Assembly (NCBI RefSeq): GCF_006345805.1
Contig: NW_021834666.1
Span: 1 to 48,684 of the forward strand
Source of the DNA: Octopus sinensis
Lineage: Eukaryota
Length of the DNA: 48,684 bases
Direction: 5' to 3'
Shown: positions 35,465 to 47,470 of the stretch, piece by piece
How the letters are laid out: every line of letters starts with the position of its first letter
How positions within the stretch are numbered: the first letter of the stretch is position 1
The notes under the pieces: model-generated
Databases searched by the model: none
Seen by the model: only the letters and a program-made list of their open reading frames with translations
Told to the model about the DNA's origin: nothing
Made by a program: the position numbers and the translations under genes

Positions 35465-36330
35465 CAGGGTGCAGTGAATAAACTGTCAGCTACATTACGC
35501 AAAAATGAAAATAACACTGACATCTCATTGTAACAGATATATTTGCCAAAATTACATAAAAATATCTTGAAATACTAAAGAGTAAATTTATTCAATAAAA
35601 TTGCCATTGGCTTCAACCACAGCCTCCAGACGACTTTGGAATCTCCTGCAACCCTTCTAGAGGGTCTCCTTGTTTAAGTTGGCGAATGCTGCCATAATCC
35701 TTGCCTTCAGTTTATCTTTGTTGTTACAAGGAGTTTTGTTGGACTCTCACTCAACTGCACCCCACACATCATAATGAAGGGGGTTGCAGTCTGGGGAGTT
35801 AGGTGGCCAGTTGTTAGGGGTGATGTAGTCATAGAAATTGCCTGACAGCTGTGACTGGGTTCTCCTGCTTGTGTGGCATGATGCAGAGTCCTGTTGCCCA
35901 ACATTAGGGTCTTCCAGCAGTCACCTTCTTGACCCAGAGCAGCACTACCTCTTCCAGGCATTTGATGTAGGCCTCCATGTTGAGTTTGAGGCCATGTGGG
36001 AAGATGAATGGAAGCATAATGTCACCATCACTAGTGATCACTCCCAACACCATGATGTTTACTGGATGTTTGAGTTTTATCCCTCCCAGTAAATGTCCTC
36101 AGATTGACACCCAAACACTCTGAAATGTATGTATAGGAGCTTCTGGCATGAATGCCAAGCAGTACAGCATGTTGTTTTCAAATTTCTGGCAGAGTGAATT
36201 GTGTCCCTATATTTTCGCACAGATCATGTCATATAGCCAGCTGGAGACGATGTCTCCTGGGGCTAAATTACAGCAACATTGGTCCTAAACCAGGACTGCC
36301 ATGTTATGTTGGCAAATAATCTTTACTCGA
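35465..36330 (-). mobile_element. Internally deleted Tc1/mariner element, DD37D (maT-like)
   Basis: Terminus CAGGGTGCAGTGAATAAACTGTC; transposase remnants on minus strand; other TIR not recognised. Confidence 0.82.
35588..36210 (-). pseudogene. DD37D transposase remnant
   Basis: TQFTLPEI*KQHAVLLGI...ISECLGVNLRT fused to KHPVNIMVLGVITSDGD...QQDSASCH-...WPPNSPDCNPL(H)YDVW...VEANGNFIE*; 37 residues lie between the second D and the third position (D mutated to H). Confidence 0.9.
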
Positions 36331-36440
36331 AAGTACTGTTGCTGAATATCTCTTGTTGTGAGATTTACAAATAGTAATTTTCTTACAAACCATACAGTTA
36401 GGAAACAAACGTCTTACCACACAATGATGCTTGTACCTCC

Positions 36441-36850
36441 TTACTCTTTACTCTTTTACTTGTTTCAGTCATTTGACTGCGGCCATGCTGGAGCACCGCC
36501 TTTAATCGAGCAACTCAACCCCTGGACTTTGTAAGCCCAGTACTTATTCTATCGGTCTCTTTTGCCGAACCGCTAAGTGACGGGGACATAAACACACCAG
36601 CATCAGTTGTCAAGCAATGCTAGGGGGACAAACACAGACACACAAACATATACACACACACTTATATATATATATACATATATACGACAGGATTCTTTCA
36701 GTTTCCATCTACCAAATCCACTCACAAGGCATTGGTCGGCCTGGGGCTATAGCAGAAGACACTTGCCCAAGATGCCACGCAGTGGGACTGAACCCGGAAC
36801 CATGTGGTTGGTTAGCAAGCTACTTACCACACAGCCACTCCTGTGCCTAT
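36441..36850 (-). mobile_element. SINE family A, full length
   Basis: Reverse complement of the 22308-22720 / 39479-39868 type. Confidence 0.93.
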
Positions 36851-37739
36851 GTAGAGAATTTTATTCTTTTTAATATATTTTAGTCAGTTCTTTAGAGAGA
36901 TGGGTAGCCATATTCTTAAGTATGACTTGATGCAGTGGGAAGTAAAAGATCAATATTTCATAAAATTTAATAAGAATTTCTCATATTCTTACTCCATTAA
37001 AAATCTTTATCTCCTCCTCATTTCCTCACTCTAACTTGTTGTTTTTTTGTTTTTTGTTTTTTTGGTGCAATTGGTGAGTTGGATAGGAAGGTGAGGAAGG
37101 AATCTTGATTCCTGCATTAAACCTCATTTCATTGGCGAATGTCTTCCCCTTTTCACTCTTTATTTCTCTAAGTTGCATTTCATGTGGGTTGTGTAAAAGA
37201 TATGGATTCTATATTAGTGTTCAAAAATCTAGGAGTAGGGATTCATAGCTCGGTTAAAGCACTGGACTAAGTTTTTTGTGGGGTTGGGGAGCTCAGCCAA
37301 ACAGATTAAATCCTTAAATCCATAAAAATGTTTTAGCCCGACGGCCACGGCCATGCTGGGGCACCACCACTGGATAACTTATTCCCATGTTTTGCAAGAT
37401 AACTTATTCCCATGTTCTGCTAAAAATGATGGCAAAGCCATGACCAGGATGCCTTAAATCAAAGACAGACTTACTTAGGATTCACCCAGGACTAATCAAA
37501 GTCAACCATACCATTTTCATGAACAATTTTCCAAGCCCACATTAGTTGGATGGATTGAATGAGGCAGTTTTTCTGTGACCTTCGTTTTTGTCAAGCATCA
37601 CTTCTTTCCGTGCATCACTTCTTCCCATGGATGGGGATATTTCCATATGGCCTTACTTGTCTTGGCAGAATATTGGAAATAAAAGAAATTCATTTACAAC
37701 AATCAGTCAATGTCTTACAGAGAGACAAAACATACACCA

Positions 37740-38117
37740 CCACCAACAACAACACTGAACACCTTTTTGATCTCCATGTGTCCAACGCACGTGGACATGC
37801 CTACAAAGTCAGAAAACAGCACAGCTCCCATGACTTTCGGAAACATTTTTTCATGCTCAGAGTTGCCGAAGCATGGAACAAATTGCCTGCGTCAGTTGTT
37901 GACTGCCATGACACTGCATCCTTTAAGGCCCTCATGCTTTTCGAAATCCACCGAAACTACACCTGATTGACCCCCTTCCATACTCATACACATATGTGTA
38001 TGTCATGACTCATGCACTGTTCTTTTCCTGACGCTTGTACATTACCCTATGTACTATACATACACTTTAGATGAGTTGTAGTGCACCTGAGCACTGTACA
38101 CAATGTTTTATTATTAT
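37740..38117 (+). mobile_element. 5'-truncated CR1 LINE, same family as 10288-11105
   Basis: NNNTEHLFDLHVSNARGHAYKVRKQHSSHDFRKHFFMLRVAEAWNKLP; shared 3' UTR (gtgcacctgagcactgta) and ATT tail. Confidence 0.9.
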
Positions 38118-38300
38118 ACAAGGGGCTTCTTTCATTCCCCATCTTTTTCCCACCAAATTTACTCACATTCCATTGGTCAGTCCGGAGTTACAAGGGTTAC
38201 AATAGAAAACACTTGCGCAAGGAGTCATGTGGTGGAACTGAACCTGAAACCAAGCGGTTGGGGAGCAAACCTCTCAACCACAAAGCCATGCCTGCACCTA
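38118..38300 (-). mobile_element. Diverged SINE A 5' half directly after the CR1 tail
   Basis: gggcttctttca...gaaaacacttgcgcaagg...ggaactgaacc. Confidence 0.7.
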
Positions 38301-38869
38301 TAATCACATATATCTCCAAAAACCACTACAAACACAACCACCATCCTCGTATTCACTACAAGATCAATAAAGCTACAAGAAAAAGAAACAAATAATACAG
38401 TCAAAGAGTGACAAAAAAAAAGTCTGATAATGCAAAACTTATTGACTCAGAACTATTTTCCTATCATTTCACATGATGGGAAGAGACTGGGGTTGGTGAG
38501 TAAATCAAGAGAAAAATAATTAAAATTTTCAAAAAGCATGACAAAGTAATTAACCAAGCAAGCAAGCAAGCCATTCTTTATTATGTATATATGTGTGTGG
38601 GGGGGTTTATTTGTGCACACACACATGGAGACAGTTCCTTTAGAAGATGTGGAAAAGAAAAATGAAAAGAAAGGAAAACATAACCATACTTCTTTTCCAC
38701 CGGAATAAGTGTGGCTGTATGGTTAAAAAGCTTGCCTCCCCCAGTTGTGTAGTCCTGGGTGCAGACCAACTGCACAACAGCTAGGGCAAGTGTCTTCTAC
38801 TATACCCCAGACTGACCAAACCTTAGAAATAGTAGGAGCCTATTCTCTCTTTCTCTCTCTTTGTGTGTG

Positions 38870-38903
<34 letters not shown>

Positions 38904-39264
38904 TATCATTTGATACTAGTGTGTGTGTGTGTGTGTATATGTAGGTTATGAGAGGTAATGGTGTCAATAAGACCCAAAGGTGTCAGGTAATGCTGGGTAA
39001 GTGCTATGGACATAATTAAGTTCCAGGTTTGGTGATTATGTGAATAAGGAGTCCAACATAGGTCATATATCAGCATTAAATAATGAGGCCATTAAATAAT
39101 GATGGCTACACAACCAAATAAAAATATCAATGATTTCAGTTCTCTCTCTCTCTCTCTTTTTAGTTTCAAATTTTACTTTGAATGAAAATACCTAATTTCA
39201 GTGAGAAGCAAACATTTGGAGGATTTTGAAGATAACAGTATAAAAGGCAGAAGGACTGAAACTT

Positions 39265-39443
39265 TGAGGAGGGTGCTGGTCAATTAACTCAACCCGAGTG
39301 CGTAAGTGGTGCTTATTTCATTGGCCCTGAAAGGTTGAGGAGCAGAGTCAACCTCCGTGGAATTTGAATTCAGAACATGAAGACAGCTGAAACACCGCTA
39401 AGCATTTCACCCAGCATGCAAGCAATTCTGCCAGCTCACTGCC

Positions 39444-39445
<2 letters not shown>
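39265..39445 (-). mobile_element. SINE family B
   Basis: gaatttgaattcagaac...ccgctaagcatttcacccagcatgc...ttctgccagctcactgcc. Confidence 0.8.
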
Positions 39446-39478
<33 letters not shown>

Positions 39479-39479
<1 letters not shown>

Positions 39480-39868
39480 GGCGCAGGAGTGGCTGTGGTA
39501 AGTAACTTGCTAACCAGCCACATAGTTCCGGGTTCAGTCCCACTGCGTGGCATCTTGGGCAAGTGTCTTCTGCTATAGCCCCGGGCCGACCAATGCCTTG
39601 TGAGTGGATTTGGTAGACGGAAACTGAAAGAAGCCAGTCGTATATATGTATATATATACATGTGTGTTTGTGTGTCTGTGTTTGTCCCCCTAACATTGCT
39701 TGACAACCGATGCTGGTGTGTTTACGTCCCCGTCACTTAGCGGTTCGGCAAAAGAGACTGATAGAATAAGTACTGGGCTTACAAAGAATAAGTCTCGGGG
39801 TCGATTTGCTCGACTAAAGGCGGTGCTCCAGCATGGCCGCAGTCAAATGACTGAAACAAGTAAAGAGT
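39479..39868 (+). mobile_element. SINE family A, full length, inserted in an (AAT)n tract
   Basis: Flanked by TAATAAT on both sides. Confidence 0.93.
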
Positions 39869-39879
39869 AATAATCCTTT

Positions 39880-40380
39880 CAACTGGAGGCACAAGGCCTC
39901 AGATTTCTGGGGGAGGGGACTAGTTGATTACATCGACCCCAGTGTTTCACTGGTACTTAATTTATCGACCCCAAAAGGATGAAAGGCAAAGTCAACCTCG
40001 GCAGAATTTGAACTCAGAATGTAGCTGAAAAGAATGTATAGCATGGTACCATAGGCTGCAGGTAGTACGCCTGCTATGCATGCAAGGCTCCAGGAGCTCC
40101 AACAAAACCTCTGATAAAGAGACAATAATAATAATGATAATGATGATAATAATAGTAATAGTAATAAGGGTCTCAAATTTTGGGACAAGGCCAGCAAATT
40201 CACAGAAGGGGTAAGTTGATTAAATCAACCCCAGTTCTCAAATGGTACTTATTTTATCAACCCTGAAAAGATGAATGGTAAAGATGACCTCAGTAGAATT
40301 TGAACTTGGAACATAAAGGCAAACAAAATGCCAAGTATTTTTCCCAGCATGCTAACAATTTTGCTAGCTTGCCACTTCAA
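39880..40380 (-). mobile_element. Two further SINE B copies (39880-40025, 40170-40380)
   Basis: ttatcgaccccaaaaggatgaaaggcaaagtcaacctcggcagaatttgaactcag and a related diverged copy. Confidence 0.75.
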
Positions 40381-40423
40381 TAATAATAATAATAATAATA
40401 ATAATATAGTCGTTGTCGTCGTC

Positions 40424-40615
40424 ATCATCATTTAATGTCTATTTTCCATGCTGGGACAGGCTGGACAGTTTGACAGGATACTGCAAGCCAAAGGTCTATG
40501 ATGAACTTCAGTGTCAGCCTTGTCATATTTTGTACAGCTTGATGCCCTTCCTGACACCAACCACTTCACAGTGTGTGGTGGGTGTTTTTTTTTCGTGTCA
40601 CTGGAATTAATGAAG
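40424..40615 (-). mobile_element. SINE-like family D, 3' part
   Basis: catcatcatttaatgtc...ttccatgctgg; gatgcccttcctgacaccaaccac. Confidence 0.75.
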
Positions 40616-40718
40616 CTGCCAAGTAATTTGCAAGACAGAGAATAGAGAAAAGCTCCAGCCACAAGGTGGTGAGGAGTATTCAAGGTAGCAGGGTTGTGAT
40701 TTCATGCCAAGGCTAAAT

Positions 40719-41104
40719 TAGGAAGCACACTGTCGGTTATAACGACGAGGGTTCTGGTTGATCCGAATCAACGGAACAGCCTGCTCGTGAAATTAACGTG
40801 TAAGTGGCTGAGCACTCCACAGACACGTGTACCCTTAACGTAGTTCTCTCGGGATATTCAGCGTGACACAGAGTGACAAGGCCGGCCCTTTGAAATACAG
40901 GTACAACAGAAACAGGAAGTAAGAGTGAGAGAAAGTTGTGGTGAAAGAGTAACAGCATGGGATCACCACCATCCCCTGCCGAGCCTCGTGGAGCTTTTAG
41001 GTGTTTTCGCTCAATAAACACTCACAACGGCCCGTTCTGGGAATCGAAACCGCATCCTATGACCGCGAGTCCACTGCCCTAACCACTGGGCCATTGCGCC
41101 TCCA
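40719..41104 (-). mobile_element. SINE family C head/core with tail type 2, perfect 12-bp TSD
   Basis: TSD CCAAGGCTAAAT at 40707-40718 and 41105-41116; head and core match 8550-8715; tail unrelated to tail 1. Confidence 0.9.
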
Positions 41105-41842
41105 CCAAGGCTAAATATGATAGAGAGACAAGCATAGCAAGTATACATCACTACCACACATTATACAGGGGATGTTGGGAGTTGTTGGAAGGGGATGAAT
41201 GTGATAGTGATGTGGTGCAGAGCAAATTCTCAAGGTACAAGAAGGTGAGCATAAGAGAAGATACAGACAGTGGGTCGGGGGAGGATGGAGTGGGTTCATT
41301 CATGCGTGTGAGGGAAGAGTAATAAAATTTCAAGACAAAACCATGGGTTAAAAACTTGTATCAACAACATAAGACAGAGAGCAAATATCTGAAGAGAAGA
41401 GAAGGAAAACTATCACAGAAATGCAGACCTTATGACTACTACTACTACTACTACAAGAAATTAAGGGAAAAAAAAAACCCAACTTAGGTGTCAAATGAAT
41501 TTAAAAATGATATCTGAAAAAAACTGTAGGAAGGAAGAAAATGACAAAATTAAAACAAGACTAACACATACAAACATATACACACAAGAAAATTTTAAAA
41601 TATATATATATATATAAAAAAAAAAGATCAGAATGGAAAACATACAAAAATAAAATAAAATAAAAATTATTATAAATGAAGAAAAAATTAAATTTTGGAA
41701 TCGTTGAAAAATCAGAATCAGAAAACTGCAGTTTAAATAAAATCAATTACTCAAAACTATTTGATACGGATATTTCCTATATGTAAGTTTGTTTGTGTTT
41801 ATGTTGTTTGCTATGTATTCATATAAATGTGTATGCACAACC

Positions 41843-41849
<7 letters not shown>

Positions 41850-41883
<34 letters not shown>

Positions 41884-42308
41884 CATACGTACAAACACAG
41901 ATATATGTGATAACCAGACACATGAACTTGACAAGGTAACATCTTAATTCTTCTAAATGAATACAAGTATATTTTATATACATACATACATATATACCAA
42001 TAATATATATATAATATACTATATATATATATGTATATATATACACATAATATAATATTATGTATATATATACCATATATATATGTATATATATACACAT
42101 ATATATATGTATATATATATACACATATATACATATATATATATACACTATATACATATATATATATAACATATACATACATACATACATATATATATAC
42201 ACATATATACATATATATATATATACATATACATACATACATATATATACACATATATACATATATATATATACATATACATACATACATATATATATAT
42301 ACATATAC

Positions 42309-42339
<31 letters not shown>

Positions 42340-42430
42340 CACATACATATACATACATACATACATATTATATATATACACATACATATATATATACATA
42401 CATACATATATATATATATGCACATTGTGT
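41850..42430. repeat. (TA)n/(TACA)n microsatellite
   Basis: Direct inspection. Confidence 0.95.
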
Positions 42431-43519
42431 GTTGTTTGTTTATACATATACAGTATATAATTTTATTTTTCCTCTTGTTGTTGGCGATGGTCTTTTAATT
42501 ACCTTTCTCGCAAAAAAAATTCTCAGCACACGCATTTGAGTGAGTGTGTGTGTGTGTGTTGTGTGTGTGTGTGTGTACACATGCATATGCATGTTACAAT
42601 ATATATGCATGTATGTGTATATGTACATAGATATCTCAAAGAATGTGCGTGTATGTATGGATGGATACGTATGCAAATGTGTATATATGCATTTGAGAAT
42701 TGTGTGTGTATGTATGTGTGTGTGTGTGTACATGTTTATTCAGTTTTGATAGTGTTGTTTTGTTTTGTTTTGTTTACAAAATAATTATATGATGAAGAAA
42801 TGATGATGATGATGATGATTTTCTGATGATTATTATTATTATTATTTTTCTTCTTGTTTCTTTTGTAAGTTCAATCCAAAGTAGGTCGATGTTACTTTGG
42901 CTGTTGCGTACGAGAGAGAGAGAGAGAGAGAGACAGAAAAAGAGACACAGAGATAGAGTGGCGGGAGGGGGGGAGGGCAGACAGGTAGACAGACAGACAG
43001 AGAAGTGGGTGAAGGTGAGGGAGGAGGGAGTCAATCGGTAAAGGTGGAAGGAGTAGGAGGTTTTGCATAGCCATGAGATGATGGAGCGGAAGAGGAGAAG
43101 AGACATGTGGGGTGTGGTGGATGGGGTGGAGGGGGAGTGAGGTCAGCAATGTTTATAGGAGATAGGAAGCCAACCAACCAACAAACATACCAGCAGACCA
43201 GCTAAAGACAACAATAACAACAACAAAATTATAATGATGAACAAGTAAAAAAAAGTATATATATATATATATATATATGTGCAGAAGAAGCTGAAGATGT
43301 TGAAGATGATGGTGATGTTAAAGAAACTTCCTTCAGAGAAAAAGTTTTTCTTTTTTTTTTTCTGGAACATCTCATCTCCCAGCTAACCTCCACATCCTTA
43401 CCAGTTACACGAGTTAACTTTTATGGCAAAAAGAATTAATTTTCAGTCAAAAAAAAAAAATGAAATAAAGTAAGATAAAATATATGAGTCTTGCCTGAAG
43501 CTACACTGAAGCTAAATTT

Positions 43520-43568
<49 letters not shown>

Positions 43569-43629
43569 GCATATATACAACACACCACACAAACACATAT
43601 ATATATATGCATAATATATATATATATAA

Positions 43630-43677
<48 letters not shown>

Positions 43678-43939
43678 CATGCATAGAAACACACATGTTA
43701 ACATATAATATATAAACACACAGATGTACCTGTATTCACATATGCATGAATGTATACACACATACACATGCACAGGTGTACCTATATTGACATATGTATG
43801 TACACACACACATACACACACACACATGCACAGGTAAATGTGCACACAGATATACCTATAAATACACACATTAGAGTAAATTTATCTTGAACTTTAACCT
43901 TATTATAAAAGTCAGATAATAACTCCAAGTAGACTACTA

Positions 43940-44320
43940 ATACCACTTTGTTAACACCACTACCACCACCCCAGTGCTTTCACTCTCACCATCACTAAAA
44001 CTTTCTTAAAAATCACTACCACCGGCGCTGCCATTACGCCACCATCTCTGTTTTATCATCTCCACCATTACCAGTACCACCAATTTTACCATCAACTACG
44101 CCGTCACCACTAATATCACTGCGTTACCATCACTTACCACAACCATCGGTGTGTTGCCATCACCACTACAAATTATCATGATATTATCATCCTCCAGCCA
44201 CCACTACCAACATCATCGCTGTGTTGCCATCACCTCCACCATCACCACTCTCATCATAGCAGTCACTAACATCACCATCGTCAGCATCATCACCGCAATT
44301 GTGCCCACATCTACTTTGCA
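43940..44320. repeat. Degenerate (CAC/CAT) trinucleotide low-complexity region
   Basis: Direct inspection. Confidence 0.8.
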
Positions 44321-44380
44321 TTTCATATCATACAAGAATCTATAAATAAGTACCTGAGAAGTATAATCAACAAGATAGAC

Positions 44381-44560
44381 TTAATGTTTTTGATACCAAC
44401 CCAAGATTCTAAGATACAAATGTCCTGTTTTAAAAATCATCTAACTTCAGTCTTTCTGTCAAAATTTCTTGTCAATTTGTTTGGCAAAGTTATTTTACTA
44501 AATTCTTAATATTTTTCTCAAAATTAAGTGGAACACAAGCAATGTATGTCTACTAACAAA
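44381..44560 (-). mobile_element. Degenerate TTAA-type MITE relative
   Basis: ttaa...gataccaaccc...ttattttactaaattctt...acaaaagtattaa. Confidence 0.5.
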
Positions 44561-44742
44561 AGTATTAATCTGTATTGCTCAGTTTAACACTAGCACCTGA
44601 CATCTGGGTGGTTTATACAAATCCCACCCTGTCGCCATTTCAGGGGTCTCCGATTCAGGGGTACATTTTACTCCTGTCTTCCAAGTAATATCAGAAGCCC
44701 TAGAAGCTATTATAGGAGTTACCCTTCTTCCTCCGACTAAAC

Positions 44743-45084
44743 CAGGGGTTCTCAACCATTTTTCTTATCTATGGACCCCCTTTGATTAATATTTTATTCT
44801 GGTGGGCCCCAACAGCCATTCTATGATCAAAAACTTGTATAGAAACTTCTTTTAAAATTCCTTTTTCTTTTTCATGCATTAACTCGTGTAGGTTGAACTA
44901 TGTCAGATGTTAGAGAAAGAAACCTCGCTGTTTCTTTTATTCTGCTGGAATAAAATACATACCAATACATACATCTAAAGCAAAATTTTTTCAGGAGTTC
45001 CCGATTTACTGTTTTGTTATGTGGATCCCCAAAAATCTTATGTAGATCTTCAGGGGCCATATGGACCCTGGTCAAGAGTCACTG
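44743..45084 (+). mobile_element. hAT MITE, family 2 (~340 bp)
   Basis: Termini CAGGGGTTCTCAACC / GGTCAAGAGTCACTG; TSD GACTAAAC / AACTAAAC (7 of 8). Confidence 0.8.
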
Positions 45085-45094
45085 AACTAAACCA

Positions 45095-45400
45095 TAAAAA
45101 ATAGTTTGAAAGAGGATCCATCACCATTGAATGAATAAGCCCCTGGACATTGCTGTCTTGAGTCATAGAACTTATAGGCCCAATTCCCTAGTTTCCATGG
45201 CCTGTAAGTGGCTGAAATGAGAATACTTTCCCTGGACCAGATGCCAGTCCATTGCAGAGGTGACTTATTTGCAGCTGGGTAGAATGGAGCAACATGAAAG
45301 GAAGTGTTTTGCTCAAGAACACAACACACCGTCCAGTCCACAAACTGAAACCATGGTCTCTTGCAATTCTACGTGCAACAACGTAACCACTAAGCCACTG
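45095..45400 (-). mobile_element. SINE family F with CORE/Meta-like central domain
   Basis: Minus strand: tRNA-like head (GTGGCTTAGTGGTT...), then TGTGTTCTTGAGCAAAACACTTCCTTTCATGTTGCTCCATTCTACCCAGCTG. Confidence 0.65.
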
Positions 45401-45984
45401 CCTTTAGGCTGACTGAATAAGATTAATAAAAGAATACAAGAAAGAAACAGTCAAATAAGAACCAAGTTTCAGTATGATGACATTATCAGTGATATAGTTA
45501 GTGCCTGGTCTAAGAAACAGAATACAGGAAATATTGCTAAGGGAATGCCTAAGGACAGAGTCTTTAGGTGTCCCTCAGTGGAGTATAATTCCACTACATG
45601 GAGCTGGAACAGGTCTCTGTTTTGAGGAGAAATCTTGAGTCATGGTTTTCTCAGACCTTGTTAAGAAGCACCACATCACATGTACTGGTCTGTCTTTTCT
45701 AACATCAAGTGTTTAGTTTTTTTTTTAACATTCATTTTGCTATGCAAGCATAGATTAGTGAATACATGACCCAGGCATCGTTTTGCAATGAGATGGATGT
45801 CCTTCCTGCTGCTAACCCTTACTTGTTTATCAAGCAAGAAATCTTTTATTACAGACACTATCAGAGGTGTAAACCATTTGATAGGAGAAACGACATCTTC
45901 ACTTGCAGATCAGTAATTTTTCAAAGAAGCTCATATGTAAACACACACATGCTTGCACACACACGTGTACACCCACGAACACAC

Positions 45985-46150
45985 ACACACACAATTATGT
46001 GCTTCTTTCAGTTTCCATGTCCCAAATCATCTCATAAGGCTTTGATTGGTCTGGAACTACAGTGGAAGACATTTGCCCATGGTACCATGCAGTGGAACTG
46101 AACTCTAAACTACGTGGTTGTGAAACAAACTTCTTAGCCACTTAGTCGTG
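45985..46150 (-). mobile_element. Diverged SINE A 5' half
   Basis: gcttctttcagtttcca...gaagacatttgcccatgg...gtggaactgaact. Confidence 0.7.
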
Positions 46151-46443
46151 TCTCTGTCTAAGTAAGCAATGCAAAAAAATTTAATTTAATTTAATTCAGT
46201 TCCCTCAAACACATGCAGAAAGTTCAAGAGATTAAAGCAGATGCCAGTTTTCTGTACACTGCCCACACAAAGCACAAACTGCACACATATCAAGCTGATG
46301 ACCAGCAAAAAATAGATGCTAAATCACTCTCAAATCGCAATTGTCTATCTTCAAAAAGAAAAGGCAGACAGAACAAGGTCATTATTATGAACAGTTTCAC
46401 ATCTATTTCCACATCCATGTTGAGATGGTGGTGGTGGTGGTGT

Positions 46444-46941
46444 CTTCTTCTTCTTCCAATCAGGACTCACGCCATTAGCCACAAAGAATAATCTCTAATT
46501 CGAGCCTACTCTAAGCTACAAAGAATGCGTGTGGCAACTTGAAGATCCACCCACCACACGTGATATACTGGCGGTTGCACGGGCGCGAAAGCTACGTTGT
46601 TATCCTCATCCCGTAAACGGTGGCTTTTAATGGGTGGAGAGCTGAACCATCCTGGGGTACAGAGGATTCACAATCTAGACTAGGGTCTGAAAGTTTACCT
46701 CACCATAGTGGGTTACACCATGGTTCTTCTGCTTTGTGGCAGAAGTAGGAAGAAAGAGTGAGAGAAAGTTGTGGTGAAAGATTACAGCGGGGTTCACCCC
46801 CACCCCCATCCCCACTGGAACCTCATGGAGCTTAGGTGTTTTTGCTCAATAAACACTCACAATGCCCGGTCTGGGAATCGAAACTGTGTTCTTACGACCG
46901 CGAGTCCGCTGCTCTAACCACTGGGCCTTTGCGCCTTCACA
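46444..46941 (-). mobile_element. SINE family C head/core with tail type 3 ending in (GAA)n
   Basis: TSD GTGGTGGTGT at 46434-46443 and 46942-46951; head and core match family C; ~300-nt tail unrelated to tails 1 and 2. Confidence 0.82.
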
Positions 46942-46994
46942 GTGGTGGTGTTGGTGGGATGGCGTCAGTTGCAGCGATTGTAATACAATGATGA

Positions 46995-47170
46995 TGTCCA
47001 AACAGGAGCTAAGCAGCTAATAAAAGTGTGAGGCTTTATAGAGGTGTGACAAGTAGGCTTACAGAAGTGTGATAATTAGGCTAGCAGAGGTATGAGGCAA
47101 ATGGAAGTGTTGTAATAAGGCTAAGAGAAGCATGATAATGAGGTTAACAGAAGTGTGGATAATGAGGTAA
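46995..47170. repeat. Degenerate ~23-bp minisatellite (TAATGAGGCTAACAGAAGTGTGA-like)
   Basis: Recurring aggct..cagaagtgtga units. Confidence 0.65.
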
Positions 47171-47182
47171 TTATTGAAGTGG

Positions 47183-47204
47183 TATCACAAAGAAGCCCGT
47201 CGTA

Positions 47205-47246
<42 letters not shown>

Positions 47247-47470
47247 TGTGTGTGTTTGTGTGTCTGTGTTTGTCCCCCTAGCATCGCTTGACAACCGATG
47301 CTGGTGTGTTTACGTCCCCGTCATTTAGCGGTTCGGCAAAACAGACCGATAGAATAAGTACTGGGCTTACAAAGAATAAGTCCCGGGGTCGAGTTGCTCG
47401 ACTAAAGGCGGTGCTCCAGCATGGCCGCAGTCAAATGACTGAAACAAGTAAAAGAGTAAAGAGTAAGAGT
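47183..47470 (+). mobile_element. SINE family A, 3' half (5'-truncated)
   Basis: aaagaagcccgtcg through the (GAGTAAAA)n tail. Confidence 0.9.

Noticed and set aside
37373-37422. 25-bp tandem duplication GATAACTTATTCCCATGTTYTGC
   Set aside because: Ordinary slippage duplication with no further structure.
39990-40125. Minus-strand acceptor followed by a collagen-like GFVGAPGAL or EVLLELLEPC... frame
   Set aside because: Only three Gly-X-Y triplets before a stop; the other frames run into a SINE B and lack a good donor.
822-43869. Dozens of 60-230 aa ORFs rich in I/Y/H/T/C/V, including 13128-13823 (231 aa) and 41811-42425 (204 aa)
   Set aside because: They are translations of (TA)n/(CA)n/(TG)n microsatellites, which lack stop codons; no domain content.
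46219-46377. 159-nt open, phase 0-0 + strand exon candidate (KVQEIKADASF...GRQNK) containing a QADDQQ motif
   Set aside because: Weak donor (GTCATT) and poor pyrimidine tract; an antisense LINE-relic reading explains it at least as well; QADD is not a true YADD context.
46498-46520. TTCGAGCCTAC match to the hammerhead at 3959-3996
   Set aside because: Only 11 bp, inside the TSD-bounded SINE C tail 3, with no catalytic core.
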